Shown: positions 38,839 through 53,579, counted from the stretch's first letter. The stretch: DNA of 64,000 nt from Neocallimastix sp. 'constans' (GCA_050613775.1 JBODTK010000001.1:1984001-2048000), one strand, 5' to 3'. Program-made: numbers and translations. Notes: generated from the letters alone by a model not told the origin.

Positions 38839-39719
38839 AAAGTATTTATATAGAAAAAAAGATATCTAATAAATAAGTTAAATAAGTTTAATAATATTTC
38901 TTTTAAAACATTATAATTGGTGCAATTTTTTAAAATAATAAAAATAATATTTTAAAAAAAATATATAAATATATATGTTTATTATTATTATTAAAAACTA
39001 TATATAACATTCTTACCATTTTAAATCATTAAATATCAAATATCAAAGAAATCTATTGTAATAGTTAATCATAAAATATTTTTTTTAATCATTAAATAAA
39101 AAAAAATTATGATTATTATTTATTATTTAAACATTATTGTTAAACATATAATTATTGTTAAATAATAAATAATATGTATGGTATTACATGATTTATGATT
39201 TAATTATTTCACTCATTTTAATATAAACAAAAAAAAAAAAAAAAAAAAGTGACTTGTATTGACAATTATTAAGAAAATTGGGATTGAACTTATTATTTAC
39301 ATCCAATTTAAATAAAACAAAAAAAATTTTTAATAAAAAATATTTTGGTAGGACGACCAATAAGGTGGAAATGTTTTAATATATCAATTTTTAAATTTGA
39401 TTTTAATGATATTTTTTATGTTATCCTACCATTATCTTTATAATATATTTTACATTATTTATTTTAATATGATTTCACTCATATAAGTTTATCATTTATT
39501 ATTTAATTGAAACTCTTTATCATCAATTATAATAAATAATTTATATATATACCGAATAAAAATAAATATTTATTATTATTAATAGTTATAATTGACATTT
39601 GTAATTATATTCATAATTAGTTTTTTAGTATTAATCGTATATTATTTTTTGATAATAAAGATGGACATTTCAATGAAATAAAAATAATTCAAATACATTT
39701 TTATTTTATTTTATTTTAT

Positions 39720-40660
39720 TTTTATTAATACTTTACTCTTTTATATTACTTCAGTATTTATTTTATTTTATTTTATTTTATTTTATTTTATTTTATTTTA
39801 TTTTATTTTATTTTATTTTATTTTATTTTATTTTATTTTATTTTATTTTATTTTATTTTATTTTATTTTATTTTATTTTATTTTATTTTATTTTATTTTA
39901 TTTTATTTTATTTTATTCAATCTGTAATTTATATTCACATTCTACTATTTATTTTATTTTATTTTATTTTATTCAATCTGTAATTTATATTCACATTCTA
40001 CTATTTATTTTATTTTATTTTATTTTATTCAATCTGTAATTTATATTCACATTCTACTATTTATTTTATTTTATTTTATTCAATCTGTAATTTTCACATT
40101 CTACTATTTATTTTATTTTATTTTATTTTATTTTATTTTATTTTATTTTATTTTATTTTATTTTATTTTATTTTATTTTATTTTATTTTATTTTATTTTA
40201 TTTTATTTTATTTTATTTTATTTTATTTTATTTATTTTATTTTATTTTATTTTATTTTATTTTATTTTATTTTATTTTATTTTATTTTATTTTATTTATT
40301 TTATTTTATTTTATTTTATTTTATTTTATTTTATTTTTATTAATACTTTACTCTTTTATATTACTTCACTATTTATTTTATTTTATTTATTTTATTTTAT
40401 TTTATTTTATGTTGTTTTGTTTTATTTATATTTAATTTGTATTTATTATTTTTATCAATTCTATATCATGAAAAATAATATTATATAAATATTTATCTTA
40501 ACTCTATTTTAATTAAAGAATAATAATAGTAATAATAGTAATAATAGTAATAATAATAATAAAGTAAACATAAAAGATGAAAATAATAAATAAAAAAGAT
40601 TAACAAATATTTAATAATTTATTAAAAAATAATATTAATATTATAATAATAATAGAACAA
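39720..40660 (+). mobile_element. Non-autonomous dispersed element carrying the minisatellite unit and (TTTTA)n expansions (copy 1)
   Basis: The flanks TTATTAATACTTTACTCTTTTATATTACTTCA and ATTTATTATTTTTATCAATT(C/T)TATATCATGAAAA...AGATGAAAA(A)TAATAAAT match the reverse complement of 51740-52995. Four ATTCAATCTGTAATTT(ATAT)TCACATTCTACTATTT units lie at 39915-40110. Confidence 0.65.
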
Positions 40661-41577
40661 AATATTATATTTGTAACGGATTTATTATTACTATTTATTA
40701 GTATTATTATTTATTATTATTATTTTATTATAACTAATAATATTATTTTTATTTTATTATAATTATCTTAATATTTTATATTTTTTATTATTAAAATATA
40801 TATAAATTAATATATAATAAATTACATAAATTAGTAATAATAGTAATAAATTAAATATATAAACAATATTATATATTATTATATATTTATATATTATATT
40901 ATTCATTTAATAATTATTATATTTCTATATAAAATAAAAATAAAAACTACAAAATTTTATAATTATTTATAAAATAAAATAGGTCTATTTATATTCTTCA
41001 GAAAATATATATATATTGATAATTAATTGACATTCACTATTATTTTTAAAATTTACTTCCTTAATTAGAAAAGCTTTATTAATTATTATTATTAAAATAT
41101 TTATAATTTTCGAAAGCAAAATAAAAAATATTAAGAATACCTATAATTTAAAAAAAAAAAAATATTGTTATTGGTAAATATATCTACCATAAAAATTTAT
41201 TAAATAATAACATATATTGTACATTAGATTTTTTTTATATTTTTACCATCATCTAAAGAAAATTTTTTATAATTTTATTTATTTAAGAATAATAAATATT
41301 GGGTATTTTAGCATTATTTAATATTAATGCTTGCTTGCATTCATCTTTAATTTATTTACTTTTGTATTAATGACAACACATATTTCAATATTTATGATTT
41401 ACAATTATTAAAGATCTATTCATTTTTTTATAGTTTTATTATTATCGTTTTTTTTTTATAATTAATCAAGATAAAAAATTATATATATAGTAAGATAAAT
41501 ATATATATATATATAAAAGTTGTATAACATTGTATATTTATTTTATTATAATATATATTACATAAAAATTTTTATCT

Positions 41578-41931
41578 AATAATGAGGGTTAGGTATTTTA
41601 ATATCAAAAAAGAATCTAGTACGTTTCGTAATCGTGCATTTTGCAATGTGGCATGTTTTAATAATTAAATAAATAATAATTAAATAAATAATAATTAAAT
41701 AAATAATTAATATTCTTTTTTTATATATAATTTATTAATATTCAGTTGTAAAAATAATTTTTTATAATTCTTTTTTAATAGAATATATTATATTTCTTTT
41801 CAAATAATAATTATTTAAATATTTATTTATAATTTTATAGAATATCTTAAAAATGTATGGCTTTATTTTAAAAATATACGCCACATTGTGACATGCATCA
41901 AAAAATAAAATAAACTAACCTTTTATATTAT
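41578..41931. mobile_element. Possible degenerate MITE (imperfect inverted ends)
   Basis: TGCATTTTGCAATGTGGCATGTTTTA (41635-41660) matches the reverse complement of 41872-41897 at 19/26 positions, with core CAATGTGGC. There is an outer GGTTAG/CTAACC match near 41587 and 41915. Confidence 0.35.
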
Positions 41932-41944
41932 TTTAAATAGTATA

Positions 41945-42900
41945 AAGGATTAGCTTTTTTAGAAAATCAGCTGATACAAAAACAAAATTCTTAATCAGAA
42001 ACAGAAAAGAATTTTGTAAACTTAATGTTAGAAGTACTCAAAGATAAATATCAATAAGAAGAAATCAATGAAGTACCAAAGCATTTTAGAAGGTTAGAAA
42101 TCATAAAAGCCAAAAATGATAAATAAATCTTTTGGAATACATTAAGGAATTTTTGACATCAAATAAAAGTTAGAAAAAAAAAAAAAAAAAAATTAAATAA
42201 GTTTATAAAACTCTCTCTTTAAAGGACTACCAGAGGAACAAATAGATTTTTTAGGAAATAAAGTACACTATTTCATATGATGTTAATAAAATATCATATT
42301 AGAAGATATGAAGAAACAAATTAGATAATGTAAAATTTTTATTCCAAAAAAAAAAAAGAATAAATCCTATGTTTCTAGAGAAAAAAAATAAAGGTAAAAA
42401 TAAAAATCAATGTAGTATTCTCAAAGGCTATAATCAGGATGACATTTATGAGAAATCTAATGTTGAAAGAAAAAGAGATAATAAGAAAAAACGTTGTTAT
42501 TTGTGGGATAGTATTGAGCATTTTAGTCTACAAAAAAAAAAAAAAAAAACCTTACAATAATATAAAATACATATACATTAGAGATTTAGAAAATTAAATA
42601 TCCCAGGAGATGAAATTAATAATATTGAACTAAATATTATGATAGTGATTCAGATAATAAAAGTAATACAATTGAAATAAAAGAAATTTAAATTTCGTTG
42701 AAATTGAAAATAACATTTAAGAAATAAACTTTTGTGAAATATAAAATTGTTGCTACTTTAGATAATATAACTATAATTATTAAAAATGAAATTACCATTT
42801 GTATTTATTTTAGCTTTTTTAGTTGATAGTACCTATTAAGTTATAAGAAAAAGTAATTTTATTAAAGGTGAATATTTTGAATTAGACCACACATGAATAA
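41945..42900 (+). mobile_element. Degenerate LTR-retrotransposon gag-like relic
   Basis: Coding-like K/E/N-rich fragments broken by stops. KKRCYLWDSIEHFSLQ resembles a decayed CCHC zinc knuckle (CxxCxxxxHxxxxC). Confidence 0.4.
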
Positions 42901-43419
42901 AAATTATATGAAAATAATGATTCAATATAACAACTTATTAAATATGTGTCTTTTTTCTGACTATAATTTTGAAAATAATATCAATAATAACGAAAATATT
43001 TTGAAGAATTCGAATATTTTGAATATTGATTATAATTTTCCAGAAAATAAAATAAAAAAGCAATTTAAATAAAAAATAATTTAGATGAAAATATTAAAAA
43101 GCTTAGTAATAAAAATATTTTATTTAAAAAAAAAATTTTTTTTAATAATAAAAAATTCGTTCAAAATTGATCGAAAAGCAAAAATTAAAAAGTTGGAATT
43201 CGAATCTAATTCGTTAACTGAGGAAAATTTAGACTGTACTTCGACGGTTTAAGTAAAAATTATTAGCTTATTAATTAAGGTATAAAATTATTAAAAATAG
43301 CAAAATTTTCTTGTAAACAAAAGATTTTATTATAATACTTTGTTTGGGAAGGAATGTTAGAAATTTTAACACTTTTAGTTTACAATTTAATTATTATTTT
43401 AATTAAAACTTAAAAAGTA

Positions 43420-43550
43420 CTTGGAATCATCATCATCAAATTGCAAAGTACTATTTTGTTTTTTAATCATCATCAAATTGAAGTACTTTTGATTGATCAA
43501 ATTGCAAAAAGTACTTTTTTTTTAAATCATCATCAATCCAAGTAAGTCTT
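43420..43550. repeat. Short imperfect array of (AATCATC)ATCAAATTG(CAA)AAGTACT units
   Basis: About 4 related units with about 30-35 bp spacing. Confidence 0.6.
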
Positions 43551-45289
43551 TTATTATAATTTTAAATATTAAATAATATATTACAATTATAGAGGAATTT
43601 AATAATATATAATTTATTACTTTTATGATAAAAATAATTTTAGTTTTTAAATTTTTTTTTTTTATTTTCTTTTTTTTTAATAATACATAATTTTATATTA
43701 AATATAAAAGTCGTTATTCAAATAAATAAAGTTAGTAAATAAGTAAAACATTGAAATTTTTTACATTAATTATAAAATCATTTGATCAATACATAAGTTT
43801 ATTATAATATTTATTTTATTTTATTTTTATTTTTTTTTTTTTCAAGCAAAAAATTAATAAATAAATTAGCTTAAAAATATATTATAATATTATAATATTT
43901 TTTATTTTTTTTATTTTTTAAAAAAAGATAAAAATTTATTTTATATTAACATTAAAAAACTAATATTATGATTACTGATTAATATAAAAAAAGATCAATT
44001 TAAATATAAATATATATTTGTTTTATTTTTAATTTTTACATCATTATATTTAATTTTATAATTTATTATTAAATATACGAAATACTTTTTATATGCTGAA
44101 ATAAATATCTTTTTTTATTTTTATGAAGTGTACTTGTAATATATACAATTTCTTAAATTTTTTTATCATTTAATATTATTCTAATGTCTTTCCAGTTTTT
44201 TATCCTGAGATTAACACAATAGACCCAGGGGATGCCTTCATAATTGATTTATATGTGGTATTTTCCTCCTACTCTGAGTTTTCCCTATAAATGAAGTTGG
44301 AAGTTTCCTTGTTATTGTAAGTATGATTTTACATATTGTATCGGACTATAATTAGTCCATGTATTAAGGTTCTGTATACTTAGGATAAGGAAAGAATATT
44401 ACATTATATGTATTAACAAATCATGTAATTAACTAACAGGAACGTAACTGTTCATCAATCTAGATGAATAGCAAGAAAGACCTCTGACCTTATTCCAGCC
44501 ACATTTCAGTACATATGATTGTTAGTATCATTCAGTTGCTAAGAGATTAAAAAACGTATATTGAAAATTACATGGCTCCAGGTTGTATTTACAGTATACA
44601 TAAATATATATATATATATGATATTGTGTATAAGGAGTTTTATATGTATATAAATATATATATATATATATATATAACTAAAGTTAAAAAAAAAAAAAAA
44701 ATATTCTAATAGAAAATTGAAATAAATAAATAAATTAATTAATTAATTAATTAATAAATAAATAAATAAATAAATTGAAAAATTAATATTTAAAAATAAG
44801 ATCAATATAATTATTTTATATATATTTATATTTTTTTTGTTACTATATAAAAGGATAGGAATATTTATTATATAAATAAATAAATCAAAAACTAAAACCA
44901 AAAATTTTATAAACTTTAAATTTTTATTTCATTCGTCATTTCAAAATATTATAAATACATTAACTCTAACAAAATTGTAAATTAATAGTAATAATAATAT
45001 GTAATATAACAAAAATTAAAATCAAAAAGTTAACTTTACATTAATTATATAACTTAAATAATTAATTTTTTTTTAAAAACAAAACAAAACAATGCAAAAC
45101 AAAATAATATATTTATACAAATATTTATATTAAAATAATTAAAGATAATATTTTAATAATAATAATAAATAATCATTTTAATATGTTAAATGATATTACT
45201 ACCATTATACTACAAGTTTTATTATTCCAATAAAAAATTAATAATTAAAATATTTGATAATTCTCAAATCTCTTTATAATATTTAATTT

Positions 45290-45328
<39 letters not shown>

Positions 45329-46201
45329 TAATATTGAACGGAATATTTTTTTTATTAATAATAATAATATTTTTTATGGTCAAAAAAAAAAAAATTATTA
45401 TATATAAAAATAAATCATAATCTTAAACAACCAACCAATAACTTTCATTTGTATTATATTTATTGTAAAGGTAGAATAATTAAAAAAAAATAATTCTTTT
45501 TTTATTATTAATATTTATTATTATTATTATTATTATTAATACAATTATTTATTATTATTATAATTATTCATTTTATATTCATAAAGCAACTTATTTATTT
45601 AAAGGTAATTTTTATTTATTATAAAAAATATATATATTTTTTGAAACGTAATCATATTTAGTTTATTTTATATTTTTATATAATTTAAAAATTTTATATA
45701 TGTATTTTTTTTTTTTTTTTTTCTTGTATTGTTTTAATTTTATATTTTATTTATATATTATTAAAAGTTTAAATATTTAATCTTACTATTTAATTTTTCG
45801 GTAATATTAAAATTATTAACTAATTATATTCTTAAATATATATTATTTTATTAATATTAAAATTTACAACTATAATAATAATAATAATAATATATATTTT
45901 AATATTTTCGTATATATATATATACAAATTATATACTATTTTTATTATAATAATAATTATCATTGTACATACATCAAAACATTCAAACAATACTATTTAT
46001 AATATTATATCATCAATTTATATTAATTTATTTTTATTATCTTTTTTCTTGTTTCCATTACCAATTTCAAAACAAACAAACAAACAAACAAACAATATTA
46101 TATAATGCAATATAGTTTAATTCAATAATTATAAAAAAATAGTACCATTATTTAATTTGTAATCATAATTATAAATATAGTTTAAAAAAAAAAAAAAAAA
46201 A

Positions 46202-46370
46202 ATGTCAGAAACTGATAAAAAAATGAATCCAACTCTTGAAGAGTATTTAAGAAAAAGAAAAAATCCAAATCAAAAACCTTTAATTCAAATTGCTGATGAA
46301 AAAGAAAGACTTTTAAAGATAAAAGAACAAAAAGAGCAACAAAAAACTGAAGGAGTTGAAGAAAATATAG
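46202..46370 (+). CDS. Exon 1 of a two-exon membrane protein gene (DUF7719-like fungal family)
   Basis: ATG at 46202, coding MSETDKKMNPT...EGVEENI. Donor AG|GTATAT at 46370/46371. The exon is 169 nt (phase 1). Confidence 0.7.
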
Positions 46371-46561
46371 GTATATACAACATAAATAAATTAAGAAAAT
46401 AGAATATTTATATATATAAGCATTTTTTTTTTTTTTTTTTTTTTAAAGTCATTATAATTACTAAAAAAAAAAAGTTATCTTAATATAAATAATATAGTTA
46501 TAGTAATAATAATAACAATAATAATAAAGTTATCTTAATATAAATAATATATAATAATCCA

Positions 46562-46664
<103 letters not shown>

Positions 46665-46820
46665 GTTAACCCGCTATAAATAATATGATAATCCAATCAG
46701 TAATAATAACAATAAAAGTTATCCTAATATAAGTAATATGGAAATCCAATTAATGATAATAATAATAATAATAATAGTAAAATATTAATAATAATCCAAT
46801 TAATGATAAAAGTAATAATA

Positions 46821-46856
<36 letters not shown>

Positions 46857-46994
46857 ATTTTATATTTATTATTATACATTTTAAAATTAATAATAACAAT
46901 ATTTTAACATTCTTTAAGGAAAAAAAAAAAAAAAAAGATATTTTAATGTATTATACACATATATAATAATATTATAATATTTATATTAAAGAAA

Positions 46995-47025
<31 letters not shown>

Positions 47026-47242
47026 TATTAATGTATTATACACATAAATAGTAATATTATAAAGAACTTTTTTTTTTTTTAAAAAAAAAAAAGAAATATA
47101 TTTATAAAAATCAAATCATAAATATAAATTAAATTTATATTAATAATAAAAAAAAATCTTTTATATATATATATATACTCTCTATATTTTATATATTATA
47201 TATGACTTTAATCATATTATAAATAAAATATTAATTATATAC

Positions 47243-47282
<40 letters not shown>

Positions 47283-47435
47283 ATATATATATATATATAT
47301 ATTTATAACTAAACTAAACCAAATTAATCAACTAACTAAACATACAAACAAAAAAATTAATTCAATGTATTAATAATAACAACAATTTAATATAATATAA
47401 TATAATATAATATATATAATATATATAATATAAAG

Positions 47436-47869
47436 AGGAAGAACCACCATACTTCTTACAAAGTCTTGTTTTTGCTGTACCATTTACTCTTCTTTATGCT
47501 TGGCTTTATTATCTTGTTTACTTCCAATATAATATGTTGGATGAATTAGAATATAAGGAATTGTTAATTGAAACTCTTAAGATTATACCTTCTTTTATTA
47601 TGATTAGTTATTTAGTTCGTCGTTACAAAAAATACTTATTACTTCATATTATTTTAGGTATTGCTGGTAGTATCTGTGCTGTGTATACCATTCATATTAT
47701 TTTCATTGATGAACGTTTTGGTCAAATGTTACGTACACCAGGTCTTATCGTTTTATGTATTTATGCTGTCATGGAAGTTAATGTTGTGATTGCTGTTCTC
47801 GTCATCATTCCACCTATTGTTTATTATTATATGGATGGTTTCAGAACTAAACTTACTAAGATGGAATAA
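47436..47869 (+). CDS. Exon 2 of the two-exon membrane protein gene (DUF7719-like); spliced product about 200 aa
   Basis: Acceptor AAG at 47433-47435. The phase-1 join gives E-EEPPYFLQSLVFAVPFTLLYAWLYYLVYFQYN, in frame with ORF 47534-47869 (GQMLRTPGLIVLCIYAVME). This pattern resembles a conserved uncharacterised fungal membrane family. Confidence 0.7.
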
Positions 47870-48360
47870 AGATAAAATACAAAAAAAAAAAAAAAAAAAA
47901 AAAAATTAAAAATAACAATCGTAATAATTAAAAAAAAAAAAAAAAAAACTGATCATAATAATAACAATAACAAAATAACAATAGAAACGTCAACAACGTC
48001 AACAACAGTAATAGAAAATCCACCCCAAAAAAAGCAAATGAATAGTAAAAGATAATTAGAAATTCATATATATATAATATATAACATATAAATATATATA
48101 TATATTATTTATTTATTTTTAAATTATAAATATTTAATTAGTTTTTGATATATTGAGTATATATATATTTATATATAAAGATTTAGTTTATCAATACATA
48201 TATATTTTTAAAAAATTTTTTCCTCTATATATTTTTATTTTTATTTTATTTTTTATTTTTTATATTTGAATAATAATTATAATTAAATTATTTTTTATTT
48301 AGCAAATTTACTAAAAAAAAAAAAAAAAAGGTGCAAAATATAATGAAATATTTTATATTA

Positions 48361-48401
<41 letters not shown>

Positions 48402-48585
48402 GTGTAATAAATAAATAAATAAACAATAATAATTTTTTAAAAAAAAAAAAAAAAAAAAGGTTAAGAAAGTGTTTATTTTATGAAGTATGATGATGATAAT
48501 GATTTTAAGGAGTCATAGATGATTTTAATTTCTATCAATGTAGTCTATCTATTTCAATATTTATATTAATAATATTTATTTAATA

Positions 48586-48630
<45 letters not shown>

Positions 48631-49127
48631 AAAAAAAAAAGGTTTATATATATATATATAGTTTAATAAATAGATAATCATCTTCATATCCCATCTCTAT
48701 GGGCAAAGGAATAGTGCCGTTAGAAGTCCTGTTAAATTTCTGAAAATGTGGCGTTTTAAACTTTTCATAAATAAATATATGGGTATATAAATAAAAAATT
48801 TTATTAAATAATGTCAAATTATTCTTGAAATCAATAAAGAATATTTAAAATTAAAAAAAAAAAAAATCTATATAAAATTTAAAAAAGTTTTATATATCTT
48901 AAAAATATATATAAAAAAAAAATATTATTCTTTAAAATATTTTTAAAATTAATATATTCAAAAATATAAAAAAATTATTATTCTTTAAATATTTTTAAAA
49001 TTAATATATTCTTTAAAAATAAAATATATTCTTTAAAAATAAAATATATTCTTTAAGAATAAAATATTCTTTAAAAATAAAATATTCTTTAAAAATAAAA
49101 TATTCTTGAAATTTATGAAAAGTATTT

Positions 49128-49165
<38 letters not shown>

Positions 49166-49499
49166 TAAAAATAAAAATTGAAAGGTTTATAAAATCTTTA
49201 AATTAAATATATAAATAAAATATTCTTTAAAAATAAATTATTTTGATAAAAGTTTTTTATAAAAAAAAACCAAAGAAAAAAAAAAAAATTTTTTTTATTA
49301 ACCTTCTATGTTTATTAATTTTATAGTATTAATAAAATTAATGATATAGATATAAAAGTTATTAATAAAAATATTTAATTATAAATTTTATTATACATTT
49401 TAGTAGAAAACCTTTGTTTTATAGCATTAAAAGTTTTTAATCAAAAAGTATAATATATATATATATATATATTTAATAATAATTTTTGTAAAACAGAAT

Positions 49500-49880
49500 T
49501 CTGATAATCTTTTTCAACTTGATCATTACACTGTCATTTATTACAAATCAGTATTTATATTATTTATATTATTTAAATTAATTAAATATTTAAACCAATA
49601 TTTCTATAATATCATGTCTAGGTCAACTAATTTGAATTTCATAGTTTTGTATTTTTCAATGAAAATATTGATTTCATCAATTTTTCCTAATTTTTTTTTT
49701 CATTTTGTAATCGTTATAAGATAAAAAATCTTCTTGTTTTAATCCATATACTAATTTATAAATTTTTTTTTTTTTTTTTATTTTTTGACAATTAAATTAT
49801 CTAAATAATCATTGAAAAATTACTTGCTCTATATTGTTATAATAGTTTCAATTTTTAAAAATTTTAAAAATTGATCATTA
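49500..49880 (-). mobile_element. Possible highly decayed copia RT fragment
   Basis: The minus strand gives YKLVYGLKQ (cf. KALYGLKQ) followed by EINIFIEKYKTMKFKLVDL. It is otherwise broken. Confidence 0.3.
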
Positions 49881-50145
49881 TTATTTATTTCACATCTAAT
49901 TTTATTTTATATATATATTTTTTTATATAAATTATAAAATATTTTCTATATCATTTATTATTAAGCTATTAAGTTTTTTATTATTTATTTAGTTATATAC
50001 TATGAATAAATTAGTATTATTCAATTTTTTTTTTTTTTTAGTTATGAAATATTTTTAAGAATATATTTTCATTTTTAATATTTAAAAGTAAAATATTTAT
50101 TTAATTATTTATTCTGAATAAATTAGTATTAATTATTATTATTTA

Positions 50146-50176
<31 letters not shown>

Positions 50177-50324
50177 TATTTTTTATTTTTTATTTTTTTA
50201 TTTTTTATATTTTATTTTTTTTTTATTTTTCATATTATTTCATTATTATTATTATTTTTTGTAGTATTAAAATTAAACCTAAAAATATATATATTTATAT
50301 TATATAAAAACCTCAATATTTTCA

Positions 50325-50780
50325 TTCAACTTCATTCATTGACTCAACTACGCTCATTCTCGGGTGATCTCGACAGCTCTACGCAGCTTCACTACGTTAC
50401 GTGCTCGATCTTCTCGCTCCCCTACATTGGCTTCGTCTCGTTTAAACATTCATTTGTTTTCATTCAATATTTTCTGTTTTTTGGGCATTTAAAACCATAC
50501 CATTTTTGCATAGATTTTGTATAAAAACCATACCATTTTGACACTTATTGATATAGGCACCTGATAATATTGATATATCAACACATGGTTTTGAACATAT
50601 ATTTGTCATAAAACCCTACATGTTTATTAATAATTTGGAGCCTATATCAATATATGGTCAAAACAGCAATGATTGCATATAAACCATATATGTTTTGAAT
50701 GTTCAATTAAGCCATAAAACCTGTTATTTTAATTGAAATATAGCTGTTGTGGCTTATATGAACTACATGATTTTGAGGTT
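50325..50780. mobile_element. Putative transposon terminus: CG-rich short-motif tract followed by imperfect AAAACCATA..ATTTT subterminal-like repeats
   Basis: 50340-50440 is rich in CTACG, CTCGCTC and CTTCG motifs. 50480-50775 has about 8 related AAAACC/GGTTTT motifs in both orientations. Confidence 0.4.
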
Positions 50781-50809
50781 AAATTATTAATAAAGAAATC
50801 CATAATAGA

Positions 50810-50848
<39 letters not shown>

Positions 50849-51099
50849 AAAATCCTATTAAGATATTAATCCTAATAATACTAATATTAATAACGGTTTT
50901 AATACTAATGATATTAATACCAATTATAATGATATAATGATATTAATAATACTAATACTAATATTAATACTAATAATGATATTAAATACTAATAATATAA
51001 ATACAAATACTACTAGTTATGATATTAGTACGAATGATACTGATGCTAATACTAATATTATAAATATCGTAATTGTATAATTGTGATTATATTTCCTTA

Positions 51100-51570
51100 A
51101 TCATTGTCCAGAGGTTGTAATCTTTTTTTGAATCTCTAGAATAGATATAAGCCGTTTTTTTGGCTTCATCATAGGTTTCAGCATCGGTACTTCTTACTTC
51201 CAAAGAAAGAGGATCCTTAATCTCTTACTTCTAAATAAAAATAAAAAAAAAAGTTTATTAAACAAAAAATAATAATATAAGTATCTAAAGGTCCATATTG
51301 ATATTTATTTTAACAATTTTAACAACGATAACAAAAAAAAAAAAAAAAAAAAAAAAAAGATTAGATCAGTTTATGTATCTATTGTTGATATTTTCCCTTT
51401 AATTCTTTTAATTACCTAATCCTAATATTCTTAACAGAAGATGTTAAAGTGTTCTAACGATATTAAAACTTTATAAAAAATAGAAGCTCGTTAACACATT
51501 GTCAATTAGAGACGGTTGGGGACATTTGTACAGTTTCGGCATTACCCTTTGCCTTGGGTAGAATAATTTA
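51100..51570 (-). pseudogene. Decayed coding-like fragment, possibly retrotransposon gag
   Basis: The minus strand gives KDPLSLEVRSTDAETYDEAKKTAYIYSRDSKKDYNLWTMIKEI* and ILPKAKGNAETVQ. GC is raised relative to the flanks; no diagnostic motif. Confidence 0.3.
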
Positions 51571-51739
51571 ATGATATGTAATATAGTAGGTGAACATATA
51601 TAAATATATATATAATTATAAATATATAAATACATGTTAATTATTAATATTATTATAATTATTTTTTTTATATTTTTTTTAATTTTTTTATATTTTTTTT
51701 AATTTTTTTTATTTTTTTTTTATTTCTTTTATTTTTTTT

Positions 51740-52995
51740 TATTATAATTATTAAAATTATTTTTAAATAAATTATTAAATCTTTGTAAAAATTTTTTTAA
51801 TTTATTATTTTTCATCTAATTTTTTTAGTTAGATAAAAATTTATATATTATCATTACTTTTCATGATATAAAATTGATAAAAATAATAAATAGAGTAAAA
51901 GTACAGAAAAATAAATTAATATAAATAGTAGAATATGAATCAATTAAAGTACAGATTAAATGAAAATAAAATGCAATACAATACAATAAAATAAAATGAA
52001 ATAAAATAAAACAAAATAAATAGTAGAATATGAATATAAAGTACAGATTGAATAAAATAAATAGTAGAATATGAATATAAAGTACAGATTGAATGAAATA
52101 AATAGTAGAATATGAATATAAAGTACAGATTGAATAAAATAAATAGTAGAATATGAATATAAAGTACAGATTGAATAAAATAAATAGTAGAATATGAATA
52201 TAAAGTACAGATTGAATAAAATAAATAGTAGAATATGAATATAAAGTACAGATTGAATAAAATAAATAGTAGAATATGAATATAAAGTACAGATTGAATA
52301 AAATAAATAGTAGAATATGAATATAAAGTACAGATTGAATAAAATAAATAGTAGAATATGAATATAAAGTACAGATTGAATGAAATAAATAGTAGAATAT
52401 GAATATAAAGTACAGATTGAATAAAATAAATAGTAGAATATGAATATAAAGTACAGATTGAATGAAATAAATAGTAGAATATGAATATAAAGTACAGATT
52501 GAATAAAATAAATAGTAGAATATGAATATAAAGTACAGATTGAATAAAATAAATAGTAGAATATGAATATAAAGTACAGATTGAATAAAATAAATAGTAG
52601 AATATGAATATAAAGTACAGATTGAATAAAATAAATAGTAGAATATGAATATAAAGTACAGATTGAATAAAATAAATAGTAGAATATGAATATAAAGTAC
52701 AGATTGAATAAAATAAATAGTAGAATATGAATATAAAGTACAGATTGAATAAAATAAATAGTAGAATATGAATATAAAGTACAGATTGAATAAAATAAAT
52801 AGTAGAATATGAATATAAAGTACAGATTGAATAAAATAAATTGTAGAATATGAATATAAAGCACAGATTGAATAAAATAAAATAAAATAAAATAAAATAA
52901 ATATTGAAGTAATATAAAATAGTAAAGTATTAATAAAAATAAAATAAAATAAAATAAATAGTAGAATATGAATACAATTAAAGTACAGATTAAAT
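51740..52995 (-). mobile_element. Non-autonomous dispersed element carrying an expanded 41-bp minisatellite (copy 2, inverted relative to copy 1)
   Basis: Flank homology to 39720-40660 on both sides of the array. Confidence 0.65.
52018..52878. repeat. 41-bp minisatellite, about 21 near-identical copies (AAATAGTAGAATATGAATATAAAGTACAGATTGAATAAAAT)
   Basis: Strict 41-bp period (TAGT at 52021, 52062, 52103 ...). A few copies carry GAATGAAAT. There are no spacers. Confidence 0.95.
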
Positions 52996-53175
52996 AAAAT
53001 AGAAAAAAAATATTCATTTATAGAACTATTTATATACATACATATATATATTTTTTTAATTTATTTTTATTTATTTATTAATTTTTCTTTAGAGTTGATT
53101 GTACAATTATTAAGATTTTTAGTATTTCTATTTTCTATATATATATATATATATATATTTTAAATTTATATTAAT

Positions 53176-53210
<35 letters not shown>

Positions 53211-53358
53211 GAGTGGACGACTTTAGAATTTATAGAATTTATAGAATTTCTTTAAATTTGTTATTATTATTAATTATTTTATTTTATTTTTTTTAATAAT
53301 TTATCATTGACCATCAATAACTTTAAGCTTTTAATTAATTATGAAAAATTAATCATAA

Positions 53359-53359
<1 letters not shown>

Positions 53360-53394
<35 letters not shown>

Positions 53395-53449
53395 TAATAA
53401 TAATAAATAATAATAATAATAATAATAAATAATAATAATAATAATAATA

Positions 53450-53491
<42 letters not shown>

Positions 53492-53540
53492 TAATAATAA
53501 TAAATAATAATAATAATAATAAATAATAATAATAATAATA

Positions 53541-53579
<39 letters not shown>

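Noticed and set aside
52018..52878. CRISPR array
   Set aside because: The 41-bp units are head-to-tail with no unique spacers, there are no cas genes, and the context is eukaryotic. It is a minisatellite.
51861..53039. 392-aa and 353-aa minus-strand ORFs
   Set aside because: They are translations of the stop-free strand of the 41-bp array, open in multiple frames with I/L/F/Y-dominated composition.
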